DNA of 64,000 bases from Epiperipatus broadwayi. Lineage: Eukaryota > Animalia > Onychophora. The translations under genes and the position numbers were made by a program. The stretch's first letter is position 1. Each line of letters opens with the position of its first letter. This document shows positions 40,231 to 54,812 of the stretch, piece by piece. Below the pieces are notes generated by a model that saw only the letters and a list, made by a program, of their open reading frames with translations, was not told the DNA's origin and did not search any database. Location of the stretch: assembly GCA_028023455.1 (NCBI GenBank), contig JAQFVV010000006.1, positions 930,001 through 994,000 on the forward strand. The letters run 5' to 3'.

Positions 40231-40629
40231 CATCTAGCTTAAGTATATATATATCCTAATATTACATGTACTTAATATATATAAGTTAGAGCACTCAAGC
40301 ACTCTGATGAGTTTATTATGTAATATTCCAATTTCTGAATTTTGAATTATAATAATACAATGCTTATAAGGCTGGTTTTATTCATTTTTGTCTCTAATAT
40401 ATGTAGATAGTAGATGACTATTATTAGCCTTTTTAAACTTCAAGTAATATTTGTAAATATTTTACAGTAAACATTTTTATTTAATTTGATAAGTAGTCAG
40501 CGGCAGCTCATGTAAAGGCACTGCAGAACTCCTGCACCCCCTCATAACACTAGTTTTTTCTTAGCTTCTTTCTTTATGATTGTACATTGTATAATCTCTA
40601 AGCTTAATGTCAGTAGCCATCTCCTTGTT

Positions 40630-40740
40630 TTTTTTTTTTAAGTGTCAAAAGCATCAGCCAGGACGCGAACCCGCAACCCGGGCAACTGCCTGCAAGTGCA
40701 AGGCAGTCGCGCTGACCCTTCGACCACCAATGCAAGATGA
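40630..40740 (-). mobile_element. tRNA-Gly-derived SINE with poly(A) tail
   Basis: 13-bp TSD ccatctccttgtt at 40617-40629 and 40741-40753; T run at the left; tRNA-like body; specific to this unit. Confidence 0.88.
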
Positions 40741-42095
40741 CCATCTCCTTGTTAAAGAAAATATACAATATTCTTTGTATGGAACTGTGTGCTTCACAGT
40801 TCCAGCAGTGTTGTGTTTGGCTATTTTGTGCATTTTCTACTCCAAGATAACAAAACTGTGCAATAGATAGAGCACTGCTACTTACATAAGATTCCTCTTT
40901 ATATTTTTAATAGCATTCAATATAATAACTTAATGAGTATTTTTTTTTCCTTTTCTTTATACTTGTACATTATATAATCCTTAAGAAGCAGAATAAAAGA
41001 AGAATGGATTTAATTTTTAAATGAATGAATCAAGCTTGAACTGTAAGAATTTAGGTTATTAGTAAGTAAAAAAAGTAAATATTACATCTATATTCATCCA
41101 GGTATAACTATTCTCATTTTGTGATCCCATAGAATAATACCTGCACAGGATTTTCAACCAAAGGTTATATATTTACCTTATAATGATGACCACATTTATT
41201 TTAATCAAAAGAATGAGCAATCCCCGGGACTGAACTTTTTGATGTCCAAAATAGAAGTGAAGGCATTTGGTTTCTTTGTGCCGGCATTTTTGAATGATAT
41301 CACAGCATAATTTAAAATGGTAAATTAGCAATGGACATAATGTTTTCAGTAATAGGTTTATCTCAATCACAAAATTATGTAACAGTGAGGTAAAAAATAA
41401 TTTATTTTTGCATTTTAAAAGATTGTAAATGTGTTTAATTCGGTATTTATTTACAGGTTTGTTTCTAAGGTAGACAGTAGGCCTCATAATTGTTTAGGAT
41501 TTTATCAAGTTTATATATAATTTTTTTTTATATGTTTGTTTTGTTTCACACAATATTAAAACAATGTCTAAAAATTTTTTGAACCAGCACCCCAGAAATT
41601 TTAGTTATTAGCTGCCACTGTCGAAAGTGCACTACCCCCCCCCCAAAAAAAAAAGAGGTTGTTTTCTTCATCCACAATTTTGAAGGTTTCCACTTTTATT
41701 TCAAGTTACATATAACAACTAAAATTGTAATCAGAGGAAAAAATTACTTTTTGGGTTTTTAATGCATTACAGATCAAATTAAATTAAAGCTTTTATAAAA
41801 TATTTTGTATGTCTATATCTTTTTTATTATTTAGATCTTTTGCAACCAACCTTTCTATTCAAATTAGAAAACTCACAAATGCTGCTATATTTTTAGAATT
41901 TGAAATGAAATTCGTATGGGTTAATAAATGTTTACAAGATATTTATGTTCATGAATGAAGCATGTTTTTAAAAAAGACAAACTTTAGTACAAAAAACAAT
42001 AGAAATTAAGATTTCATCCTTAATTTTTTTTTCTTTCTACTTTAATTAATTATAAACATTTATTAATGAATTAGTCATGACATTTTAATGAAAGA

Positions 42096-44507
42096 TGTGA
42101 TGTGATGTACTGTAGCTTCTCCTTAAACAAAGTCAAGAATTTCTCAGCAATTATACCCAAAGAAACTTGTTAGCCACTTTATTTTCCATTCCCCACTCTT
42201 AAGTTTTTCCATATTGTACTTCATACCATTTCCACAACATAATCTTTGTCAACTCTATAGCCTTTATACCTAAATCCCCCTTATCGTTTCCCAAACCCAA
42301 CATAAAAACCAATAATCCACTTTCTGTATAATCACTTTTTTCATATTTATTCTTCCATAACTTCATTATATGTAACCTTTCTGTTTTCAAGCATTTGCAT
42401 TCAATTAACAGATGTCTAATATTTTCATTTCCTTCCTTACACAATTTACAGACTAAATTACCCATATTTTTCCATTTACATGTATATTCTCTTTTTGCTA
42501 AAGATCCCATTTGAGCCTTAAGCAATAAACTACTTTCTTACTATTATCATATATTAAGTTGCACCTAATATTCTGTGTACTTCTATATATATTTAAACTC
42601 TTTTTACTCTCCATACTAGTTCTCCATCTCTCTAACTCCCTATTCTTTATTAATAAATCTATTTTTTATCCCATTCCTTACCACTATAACACTCAACGAT
42701 CCTCCTAACACAATCATCCCATGTTTTGAGCAAATATACTGATATAAATTCTTTATCCAAATCTTTTGCATACCACATTATCTTTCTCAACCATCTTTTT
42801 GCCTGCCCTTTACTCGTAACCCAATTAAATACTATTTTGGCTATTTTTTTACTATCCATAAACTGCAATCTACCAACCATTTTCATTTTACTTTTTGCAT
42901 CTCTCATATAAAAACTTGACCATCCCCATTTCTCCTTGATTTCCCTCTCTTGCTGTCATACATCTGTAACCAATGCGTCTTCCTACTTCCCTTTGTACTT
43001 TTTCTAAGTAATCTAATACCCCTTTACTAACACATAATGCATCATTACCATATGTTAACCCTGCTACTGCAACTCCCCTATAATTCTAGCTACATCATAT
43101 TTATTATATGAAAACACTGTTAATTTCATTATCAATACCTTTCTTTTCTTTGCTTCATTTATCAATTTTTTCTCCCATTCATGCAAACAATTTTTCTGAT
43201 TACTTAAATAATTCCCAAATAACTATATCTATTCACCACCCTTAACTTAATATCTCCCAATAAAAATTCTACATCTTCTTTCCTCAGTATTAACCATCAT
43301 TATATTTGATTTGTCTTCACTCAATTTAATCCCCATCTCTTTATGCACCCATGCACATGTCCTCAACATAACTTCCATATCTTCTCTTTTTTCTACATAT
43401 AAAAATATATCATCTGCAAAAAAAAAAAAGACCTGACAAAATATATACTCCCTTACCACCCAGTAATGGTCTCTATCCCTCTTCCTAATCTTTCTATTGC
43501 TCTTCCCATTTCACTCAAAAACAACACAAACAAAATAGGTGAGGCATCCTTGCCTTAGTCCCATCCCATTTTTAATTCTAACTGATTCTATATTCCCTAA
43601 TTGATATATAATTATTTTCATACAATTTCTTAATAATGTCCACTAAAGCTTCATCCATTCCCAAATTTGCTAAACTTATCCATAATCTATTTCTATTTAC
43701 TCTATCATATGCTTCTCTATATCTATAAAACTCATATATAACTCTTTACCTGAATTGCTACTCATATCCATAAGTTGTGTAACTACAAATAAACTATCTC
43801 CTATATGCCTATCTAATCTAAAACATCCTTGCATTTCTCCCACTACATTATTCCCTTCCATCCATTTTATAACTCTTCTAGCCACCATATATGTGAAAAC
43901 TTTATATAAAACTGATGTTGCCGCTATCAGTCTATAATTATTTAATTTTCTATGATCCTTACCCTTTCTTTTAACTAATAATCTTACTTTTTTATCCTTC
44001 AACTACTTGAAAAAAACTCTATTCTGTGCCATCTTATTAAAACAGGATAATAACTTTACTTTTGTTCTATATCCTAAATTTCATTACCATCTCTGCTACC
44101 CATCCATCTAAACCTCTTGTCTTTCCACTTTTCAATTTCTTATCTACCACATTTAGTTCATTTTTTGTAAACCTAATATTCCCATTACTACATGCTTTCA
44201 TGTTTTCTATCACTCTATCCTCCACATCTAACATCTTTTCTATATTCATTACATGTTTTCTATATTCATTACATATCTATTTAAGATTCTTTCTAAATCT
44301 TCTCTAGAACTACACTCTATTCCCTCACCATCTAGTAATATTATCTGTCTCTTACCTATATTTTTCCTTTTAATGTAATTCCAAAATATTTTACTCCCAT
44401 CTCTTCCACTTTTATTAATATCCTCCAACACTTTACTATTCAATTTCAACACTTTACTATTCAATTTCATTCTCTCTCTATAATTATTTATTTTAGCCAG
44501 CTTCTTC
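42096..44507 (-). mobile_element. LINE fragment (~2.4 kb) with RT remnants at the array hotspot; clade not determined
   Basis: NYRLIAATSVLYKVF...MQGCFR...FIDIEK (43697-44002), FADDI (43247-43459), C-terminal CKLC...HLLIEC; frameshifted. Confidence 0.92.
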
Positions 44508-45834
44508 TTTTCCAAACAGTATACTGCCATCTACTGTGCATTACTGAAAACTTAACAAACCAATATCAACATGGCTTGTAATTTGGTCTCCTACACTGTA
44601 AGTCTGGGTGAATGGCTGAACAGCCCTGAAATATTCCATTGTCAATTATCCATAACATGTGTTCAAAATTTGAAGAAAATTCGTTCAATGGAAGTATGTT
44701 GAAAATCAATTACAAGATTTTAGCCAAAGAACAAATGAACAGAATTTCTAAGTTAAATGAAAGTGTTTGACCGAAAAAAGGCAAATAACTTTCAAGCAAC
44801 CTTTTAATAAAATAATCACCACAAGTCATAATATTCCTCTCAAATGTCTTCATCATTGTTTATTAGTTATTTATTATACATTGCCATGACCCAATTTTTA
44901 AATTTCAGCCATATTCTCTTCAAAAAGATATTTCTTTCAACTTGGAAGCACAATAAAAAATTTTCAATCTAATGGTGATGTTAAAGATTAATATATCACT
45001 TTATATTACTTATCATATGCATAATTTTATTGTTTGTTACCATTATTTATCTATTTCTTACTTTAAACCAAGAATGACAAACCTGGTCCTTATTGCCCAC
45101 CAGTAAGCATTTAACGATTTCAGATGGATGTGCGACCAGTGTTTACATTGATTTACAGGGTTGCTGTTACTTACCGTGAAATATGGTAACTTGGTACAAG
45201 CCTATAAACGTTTCAATTTTGATATTGATATTCATATATTGTTTTCAGTTATGCTCTTAATCTGCAATATAAGAAAACTAATGAGTTCAGTTGGTGGTAG
45301 GGAAATTATCCTGTTAACAAAAGGAAAAGATATGGGCATTAGATTAAAAAAATGTTGACAATTCCTGCTTTAAACTGATGAATGAAGACATTAGGACAAA
45401 AGCAATGTTCCCAGGATTCATTTTTGATGAACTAATCTGTTTGGTTGGTAAATTCATAATCTTCTTTTCAAATGCTTCCATCATTGTTTATTATTTATTT
45501 ATGATATATTACGATAAATCTGGCACAATTGAAGAGTCTAATTCAGCCAAAATATATAACTGAATATCATTTTCCTTTTTTCTGAATGTCATTATTAATC
45601 TATTTAAAGTGTGAGAATGTTAAAATTAGTTTGCAAATGGGTATACACTATATATAAAAGATTAGACACACTGCACATATATTGAAAAAGATAGCTTTAA
45701 ATTAAAAAGACTGTGTATATATAATTAGTATACAGTGTTGATTTTTAAAGTCAGTGTCTGGACTAAAAATAATCAATAATATCTAGCTTATTGTTTGAAT
45801 ACAAGTATAATGTATATGCTTAACTTTAGATGTA

Positions 45835-46085
45835 ATCAGAGGGGATTTGAACACAGACAGTTCTTTTCAGCTGTCTACTCCATTTTATATGATCAATTCG
45901 CATGCCCACCACTCAGCACTGATAATTTATGTGTGGAGATGATGATCTGGACCAACTAGTTCAGCATGAAATACATACATTGGAGATCATTTATCTTGTT
46001 CACATGTATGTGGTCATGTATCCATTATATAATTTGGAATGGATAGTTGAAGGGAGCTTAAAAGTCTGTGATCAAATTCGTTCTA
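45835..46085. mobile_element. Family-2 small palindrome (unit 3), partly deleted
   Basis: gatctggaccaactagttcagcatGAAAtacatacattggagatc. Confidence 0.65.
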
Positions 46086-46123
46086 ATAACTAGCTTAATA
46101 AATTATTAATAACAGAATAAATA

Positions 46124-46176
46124 TCACATGATCACATCTCCAATACTACTATATGGAGTTTTGCTTTGCTTTGTTT
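46124..46176 (-). mobile_element. 53-bp family-1 mini-insertion
   Basis: 15-bp direct repeat ataacagaataaata (46109-23 and 46177-91); antisense tail tcacatgatcacatctc plus inverted ggagttttgc...tgttt. Confidence 0.75.
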
Positions 46177-47514
46177 ATAACAGAATAAATACATAAATGA
46201 CTTTATTGATGAAAAGTTCTTAAAAATTTGAGCACCTGAGACTTCAGAACTGGAGTTAATCAAAGACCTAAAGTACTAAATCATAAAATATTTTTATCTG
46301 CAGATTGTAATGGTCATTAAGTGCATGTAGGAAATGCATGATTGTTGGTTGAATCTTGGTAATAATGCATATAATTGATTACCATTCATATGTTACTGAG
46401 AAAGTGTGAAGGAAAGCCTGAAATTTTCTTTTAATTTTTTACATATTTTCCCTAGACATTCTGTAGAAATACCTAGGCATTGTAAAGGATGACAAATAAT
46501 TTGTGGCAAAGTATGAAAAAGTGGATAGATACATATGAAAATGTAATAAATATAAAATTTCATCTTTAACATATATCATAAAATAATACAACAACAACAA
46601 AAAAAATTCTAAAAAATAATGTTTTATTTATTTATTATTAAATAATAAACTTTTATGAATATGTTAAATTTCTGTTATTACAATTGAGTTTCACTTCCTT
46701 AATTTCGAGTATGGCATGGTTATTGTTTCTTACTGACAAGTCCTCTGACGACAAAATACAGTATAATAACAAGTTAGCACGTGATGCTGGTAGTGAAAAG
46801 CTGAATTTTATATAAATATCAAACAAGACAAGAAAGAAATAATGGCGTTTTAAGACTATTATTTTTTAAGTAAAGAAGCGAGAGTCAAGGATTTTATAAT
46901 TTTATAAATCTTTGAGGATATAAAGAATTTCTAGGTAATTATCTTTCAACTCTTCATTAAGTAACTGAAAGGTCTATAAAAGTTCCAAACTATTCAGGCC
47001 GTCAGGTTGTCAATGCTGAAAATACGTAGTTTCATAAAATGTGCAGTCGTTTCTTATTTCGTCCTTGCAAGTAACATATATATAGTTAATTAAAATTAAG
47101 TTCATGACAATTGATTCCACTTGCTAATAAGAATGTTATTTCAAAGGATTGTGGTATGTGTTTTGTGCATACTTTTTGATGTTTAAGTCAAATTTCACCA
47201 GAACCCGATCATATTTAGTTAGTCTTGTTTATATTTAACATTTAGCACATTCTTGGCTGAAAAATTAATAGTAATAATAACTGTTTTTAGGAGAAAGATT
47301 TGGCAATGCAGGTAAGATAAATTTTATGATTAGAATGTGTTTGAACCTTTTGAGAGGTGAGCCTCATATCCATGTGTACAGCATTTCCAAGTTAATGGTA
47401 ACACTAATAGCAAATACGCTACTTTCTTAAGTGGTTTTTATTTAATTTCAGATCAACATTGCATCGTCTAAGTGCTTTATCAAGTCACATAACTTTTTCA
47501 CTCGTGTCTAAAAA

Positions 47515-48005
47515 TAATGTAATTTATAAGGGACTTGAACTCGAACTTTCAGGCTCCCTTCATTTATCCAATACAACTGATACACATGACCACATACATG
47601 TGAAAAATATAAATGATCAATAAATATATTTGTTGCTGAACCACCACTCATCAGTTAGCCCATGTCACAATCTCCCACTCATATATACATTCAGTTCTCA
47701 GTTTATATTAAGATAGCAAATCTTTAAACCTTAATGGACAAGCTTCAATCTTCTCCAACTCTCCACCCATCCATATTGAAACTTGTCCATTAAAGTTGAA
47801 AGATTTGCTATCTTAATATAAACTGACTACTGATTGTATGAAATTATGATCTGGATGAACTGTTCAGTACTGGTTCAGCATGAAATATGTGTATTGGAGG
47901 CCATTTATCTTATTCACATGTATGGGGTCATATGTATCAGTTGTATAAGGTAGATTGGATAGATGTAGAGAGCTTCCAAGTTCCAGTTCAAGTCCCTTAT
48001 AATTG
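47515..48005. mobile_element. Family-2 large palindrome (unit 4)
   Basis: Minus arm has CTGATGA with a mutated GAAA; plus arm has GAAA with a mutated CTGTTCA. Confidence 0.8.
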
Positions 48006-51000
48006 CATCTAGCTTAAGTATGTGTACTATATTAGTATTTAAATGTTATATGTATTTAATATATAAGTGAGAACACTGAAGCACCCTCTGGTGAGTTCAT
48101 TATGAAACAAGGTTTTAGATCTTATATAATGTCCAATTTCAATTTTGAATTATAACAATGTAATGCTTATATGGCTGGTTTTATTCATTTATTATAATTT
48201 TAGTTTTCTAACATTTATATTATATATTAGAAAACTATTATTAGCACGTTTATACTTCAAATAATATACACACATATATAAACATTTTATAGTCAACATT
48301 TTTATTCAATTTGATCAACAGTCAGCAGAAACTCATATATAGGCCCCATAGAACTGCAGCACCCCTTATAACATTCACAATTCTTTAATTCTTTCTTTAC
48401 GTTTGTACATTATATAATACTTAAGCTAAATGTCAGTAGCCATCTCTTAGTCTGTGGAAAAATTATAAAAATTATTGTATAGAACTGTGTGCTTCACAGT
48501 TCCAGCAACGTGGTGTTTGCCTATTGTGTGCATCAGCTCGTCCAAGATAAGAATCTGTGCACTAGGTTGAGAAAGCACTGTCGTTCACACAGGGTGAAGC
48601 CTCACCCTATTTTTGATAACATTGAATATAACTTAATGAGTCTTTTTTTTAAATATTTCTTTATACTTGTACATTATATATTCCTTAAGAAGCAGAATAA
48701 AACAGGAAGAATGGATTTCACTTTTAAATGAATGGATAAAGCTTGAACTGGAATAATTTAAGCTATCAGTAAGTAAAAAAGTTAAATATTACAGCTGTGT
48801 ATCATCTGCAAATAATTATTCTAACTTTGTAATCTCATAAAATAACACCAGGGCAAAATCTTGGGACAAATGGTGACCTAAAATTTTATTTTTTAAAAAA
48901 GAAACATATATTTATCTTTAATGATGCCCACAATTATTCTAATCCAAATAATAAGCAATCCCTGGGGCATATTGAATATTTTGATGTCCTCCAAAATAGA
49001 AATGAAGCGTTTCTTTGTACCAGCATTTGTACACGATATTACAGCATAGTTTAACTTTTTAAATTAGCAGCGGAAGTAAAGTTTTCAGTAACAAGTTTAT
49101 CCCAACTGCAAGATTATGTACTATTGAGATAAAAAGTAAATTATTTTGCTTTTTATAAGATTGTAAATGTGTTTAATTGGGTATTTATTTATAGATTTGT
49201 GTCTAAGGTAGAGTTTTGAATACAGCGGGTTTAATATTTGTTTAGGATTTTATCAAGTTTATGTATAAATTTTTTTTTATATGTTTGTTTTGTTTTACAC
49301 AATATTAAAACAACAGCTAAAAATTTTCTGAACCAGCAACCCCACAAATTTTAGTTACTAGCCACCACTGTCAGTAGTATACTAAAAAACAAAAAAAAAG
49401 ATGTTTTCTTCAAGCACCATTTTGAATGTTTACACTTTTATTTCAAGTTCTATGTAACAATCAAAATTGTAATTGAAGACCAAAAAATGTTTTTGGGTTT
49501 TTATTGCCTTATAGATCAAATTAAATTAAAGTGTTTTTTACAAAATATTTTATATGTATATATTATTTTTTATTATTTGTATTTTTTGCAACAGTTCAAA
49601 TTTAGAAACTGACAAATTTTGCTGTATTTTCAGTTTGAAATGAAATTCATATGGGTCAATAAAGTTTTAGAAGATTTTTGTGTTTATGAAGGCAATATGT
49701 TTTAAAAACAGACCAGTTTTAGTTCAAGAGACAATAGAAATTAAGGTTTCATCCTTCATTTTTTTTCTTTCTGTGTTAATTAATTATAAATATTTTTTTA
49801 GTGAATTAGCCATGACATTTTAATGAAAAAATATTTTCCAAACACTATACTGCCATCTACTGTGCATTACTGAAAACTCACTGAACCAATGTCAACATGG
49901 TTTGAAATTTGGTCTCCCACACTGTTACTTCTGGATGAATGGCTAAACAGCCCTGAATATTGCATTGTCATTAATCCCTAACATGTGCTCAAAATTTGAA
50001 GAAAATTCATTCAATAAAAGAATATTAAAAATCAGTTTCAAGATTTTAGCCTAATAAACAAATGAATAGAATTTCCAAGTTAAATAAAAGTTGAAAAGGT
50101 AAATGATTATTAAATAATAAATAATCAACACAAATCATAATTGCTGTCTCAAATGTCTTCATCATTTCTATTAGTTATTTATTGTACACCGCCATGACTC
50201 AATTTTTAAATTTCAGGCATATTTGTTTTCAAAAGATAGTTTTTTTTATCTAGGAAGCACAAAAAATTTTTAATCTAATATTGAAGTTATTTCAAAATCA
50301 AAAATGGAGACCTGTACAAACTAACTGTTTAGCAAATTTTGAAGTTGATGCATTTCAGGAGATTCATCATTTTTCTAATGACATGCATCTTCTTAAAATG
50401 TCTGCATTTACACCAATTCTTAATAGTATATACTCTAAACATATTATGATTACCTTTCTTAACCAAACCATCTCACAAAAAAAAATATTCTGTTGAAGAT
50501 AGTTCATCCTGTATTGCAGTTACCATTCAGATACCATGCGATATTTACAAACTTCCCATCACAAACTAGTTCTAATCTTCTTTTCAAGATCTATCTTCAC
50601 CATCTGTATTTATAAGATTTCAATTCTTATGGTGATGTTAAAGATTAGTATATCACTTTACACTGCTAACATATGCATACTTTTATTGTTCGATATCATT
50701 ATTTATCTATTTTATACTTACCAAACTGATCCCTATTTCCTACTAAGGATCATTTAATGGTTTCAGGTGGATGATGACTATTTGCCAGATGTTAAAAGAA
50801 AAACTGTAGATTACTATAGATGTACATCAAGTGTTTAAATTGATTTGCAGGGTTGCTCTTGCCTCTCATGAAATATCGTAACTTAGTACAAACCCATAAA
50901 GTTTCCAATTTTGATATTGACATCTTATATGGTTTGCAGTTATGTTTTGGTGAGCAATGTAAGAAAACCAATGAGCTCAGTTGGCATATGGAAATTATAC

Positions 51001-51534
51001 TGTTAAAAAGAATAAAAACATTGGAAGTAGGTTAAAAATGGTTGATGATTCTTGCTTTAAACCAATGAATGAAGACATTGGGACAAAAGCAATATTGCCA
51101 AGATTAATTTTGATGGACTAGCTTTTTTGATTGGTCAATTCGTAATCCTTTCAAATTCTTCCATCATTGTTTATTATTTACTTATTATATATTATGATTT
51201 ATTCTACAGGGGGTCTAAATCTGAGACAATTGAAGAGTCTAATTCAGCCAAAATATATAACTGGGTATCATTTGCCTTTTTTCTGAATGTCTTTATTAAT
51301 TTATTTAAAATGTGAGAATGCTAAAAATAGTTTTCAAATCGGTATATACTCTAGGTGAAATATTACATGCACCACACACACATTGAAAAAGATATCTTTA
51401 AAGTAATATGACTGTATATATAATTAGTATATTGATCTGTAAAGTTTGTATCTGGACTAAAAATAATACAATAATATCTAGCTTAATATTTGAATACAAG
51501 TATAATGTATATACTGAACCTTAGATGCAATCAG

Positions 51535-51850
51535 AGAGAGTTTGAACACAGACTTTCAAGTTCCCTTCAGCTATCTACTTCATCTTCTGTAACTACTATA
51601 TATGACCACATATATGTGAAAAGGGTAAATGATCAATATATGTATTTTGGGCTGAACCAACACCTAGCACTGATAATATATATGTTGGATGGAAATGATG
51701 ATCTGAACCATCTAATGATGACTGGTTCAGCATGAAATACATATATTGGAAATAGATCATTTCTCTTTTTTACATGCATGTGTATTGGTTATATAATATG
51801 GAGTGGATAGCTGAAGGGTGCTTGAAAGTCTATGCTTGAATCCCCTCTAA
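51535..51850. mobile_element. Family-2 small palindrome (unit 4)
   Basis: ctggttcagcatGAAAtacatatattgga; inverted arm from ~51535. Confidence 0.7.
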
Positions 51851-52034
51851 TATCTAGCTTAATAAATTATTAATAAAAAAACATAAATTATTGAATGGTC
51901 TTATTGGTAAAAATTTCTTAAAAATTTGAGCGCCTGAGATTCCAGAACTGGAATCGATCAAGGACCTAGATTCAAGAATTTGGTACCCTACCATTGTACT
52001 AAACGACTAAATCCTAAAATATAATTATCTACGG

Positions 52035-52402
52035 CAGGGGTCCCCAACCATATGCCTGCGGGCACCATGGAGCCCGCGGACTATTTTATGCGTGCCCGCC
52101 GCTATCCAAACACGATAAAAAATTATTTATCTGATACAAATAAATTTAATTTTTAAAATTTCTTATAAATTATTGTATTATACTGTAATCAAATTGTAGA
52201 GCATACTATACTTTTACAGCATAAAAATATAAACGTTAACTATATATTAAAATTTTATTTTTGAAATAAATATTTTTTTGTACATTATGTGTATTATTAA
52301 CAATATCCAACTATAAATTTACATTGAAAAAATAAATGGTGCACGCCACCTGGCGAGTTTTATAGAATGTGCTCTTAAGTGCAAAAAGGTTGGGGTGCCC
52401 TG
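52035..52402. mobile_element. hAT-superfamily MITE (368 bp)
   Basis: TIRs CAGGGGTCCCCAACC and GGTTGGGGTGCCCTG; 8-bp TSD atctacgg/atctatgg; empty sites in sister units (~38405, ~46295). Confidence 0.9.
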
Positions 52403-53486
52403 ATCTATGGGTTGTAATGGTCATTAAATGCATGTAGAAAATGCATGATTGTTGATTGAATCTTGGTAATAATTCATATAATTGTTTACCATTCATATGT
52501 TACTGACAAAGTGCTAAGGAAAGCCTAAAATTTTATTTTAATTTTTTTCATATTTTTCCTAGACATTCTGTGGAATAACTAGGCATTGTCAAGGATGACA
52601 AATAGTTTTTGACAAAGTATGACAATGGCTTTTATTGGATAAATACATGCGAAAATGTAAAAAATATAAAATTTCATTTTTAACATATATCATAAAATAA
52701 TATAACAAAAAAAAAGTATGAAAAATATTTTTTTAAATTTATTTATTATTAAATAATAAATGTTTGCCAATACATCACATTTTTGTTATTACAACAGTTT
52801 CACTTCCTTAATTTCAAGTGCGGCATGATTATTGTTTCTTACTGACAAGCCCTCTGACGACAAAACATAATAATAACAAGTTAGTACGTGATGCTGGAAG
52901 AGAACAGCTGCATTTTATATAAATATCGAACAAGACAAGAAAGAAATAATAGCCTTTAAGACCATTATTTTTGAAATCAAGCGGCGAGAGTGGTAGAGTT
53001 TAAAATTTTATAAAACTTTGAGAATATAAAGAATTTCTACGTAATTATCTTTCAACGCTTCATTAAGTCACTGAAAGATATATAAATACGATTTTCTCTC
53101 GTTTTCTAAGATGTATACTAGATTCAGTCTATATGCATTAGAAGCATATTAATTGTTCAAAGTCTCGTCGTTGATATTTGACGCGATAGGAAATGTGTGT
53201 ACATGTACGGATGAACACCCACTCTTGGCATTACATAAAAATAGCACTTTTCATAATTTGCAAGTGAACAACATATACGTGTTTAATTAAATTGGATTGG
53301 GTTATACTCTTGGCATTACATAAAAATAGCACTTTTCATAATTTGCAAGTGATATACGTGTTTAATTAAATTGGATTGGGTTATAATTAAGTTCATGAAA
53401 ATTGATTCCTATAGCCGTGTTTAATTAAATTGGATTGGGTTATAATTAAGTTCATGAAAATTGATTCCTATAGCCAATAACAATTT

Positions 53487-54812
53487 GGTAAAAGTTCACT
53501 ATAACGGTCTATGGTTGTTTGCCCTCTATTGTTTAAAATTTAAACTAAATTGCTTGAGAATCTGACATGTATGTTATTATATTACAAATAAATTAAAATT
53601 TAATCAAATGTAAAAGATAATAAAAAAAAAAAAAACCTTTTGAATGTTGGATTAATTACACGACATTAATTAAAATAATTAATTTTAATTTCTTTGAAAG
53701 TTAAGATTTTAAACTGTCTACAACTTAAGAATTTAAAATAAAAAAGTATATGCTACTGTCTTACAATTACATGAAAATTTATTCAAATGTAAAAGATAAT
53801 AAAAAAAACATTTACCTTTTTAAATATAATTACGTCCTATACAGACTAGGAAGTTGGAGAAAAAAGCGATATTGCTGTATCTACTCCGGAGGGCAATGCG
53901 GAGGTACGATGAAAACAAAGCTCTGCTAATGCCACATTGGAATTTCAGCTTACGCTTTGCTCTCATCCACATGTTTTCAATATTCTGGCTGTGTATGTCT
54001 CGGTCTTTGGGATCCATGAAGTTTTCCTCCTGGCGACAACCGAATGCAAATACACACCATTGTTGAGACTGCTGATGTTATTGTTACGCCCAGCCATCTG
54101 AAATAATGTGCGTACCTGGTAAAATGACCCGCTGTATCAGGCCCTCCAGTGTATCAGCCGTCCTGTCTGCCACTTCTATCAAGAAGCACTTTCTTGATGC
54201 TCTCTCTCTATGCCGCCAAACCACCCAATGACCTGTCCGTATAGCCCCCTGTGATATTTTCGGTGGAAATAGTAGGTTTCGTCTATTTCGACAATTAATG
54301 GCTCCCCCATTGTCATCAAATCCACGCATATCCCATTCTTCTGCCAGAATAGCAGCAACCCTTAAAATTTCACTATCAGGTACTAAGCATGTAGCAGACA
54401 TCTTTTGTAACTATAAAACTGTACACGTATGCGTGTAATTCGCGCCGATGGACACATAAGGTGTCTTTTTTTTTTTGCAACATGTGCTATAAATGTTATT
54501 TTAAATTCTTAAGTTGTAGACAGTGTACGCACATTATTTCATATGACTGGGCTGCATACAATAACATCAGCAGTCTCCAACTTCCTAGTCTGTATAGGAC
54601 GTAATTATATTTAAAAAGGTAAATGTTTTTTTAATTAATGTCGTGTAATTAATCCAACATTCAAAAGGTTTTTTTTTTCATTATTATCTTTTACATTTGA
54701 TTAAATTTTAATTTATTTGTAATATAATAAGATACATGTCAGATTCTCAAGCAATTTAGTTTAAATTTTAAATAATAGAGGGCAAACAACCATAGACCGT
54801 TATAGTGAACTT
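53487..54812 (-). mobile_element. Internally deleted Merlin (IS1016/IS1595-like) transposon with long imperfect inverted ends
   Basis: RKCFLIEVADRTADTL...ILPGTHIISDGW (54084-54401) and DP...HSQNIENMW.RAKR (53820-54017); aagttcactataacggtctatgg at 53492 is inverted at 54812; ~350-bp inverted subtermini; specific to this unit. Confidence 0.88.

Noticed and set aside
41173-41487. Minus-strand exon ending LLILLIKINVVIII with donor ataag|gtaaat
   Set aside because: The donor is mutated in half of the copies, no acceptor was found, and the frame is not conserved.
53220-53475. Short local duplications (~60-80 bp) next to the Merlin end
   Set aside because: Ordinary slippage or repair duplications with no further structure.
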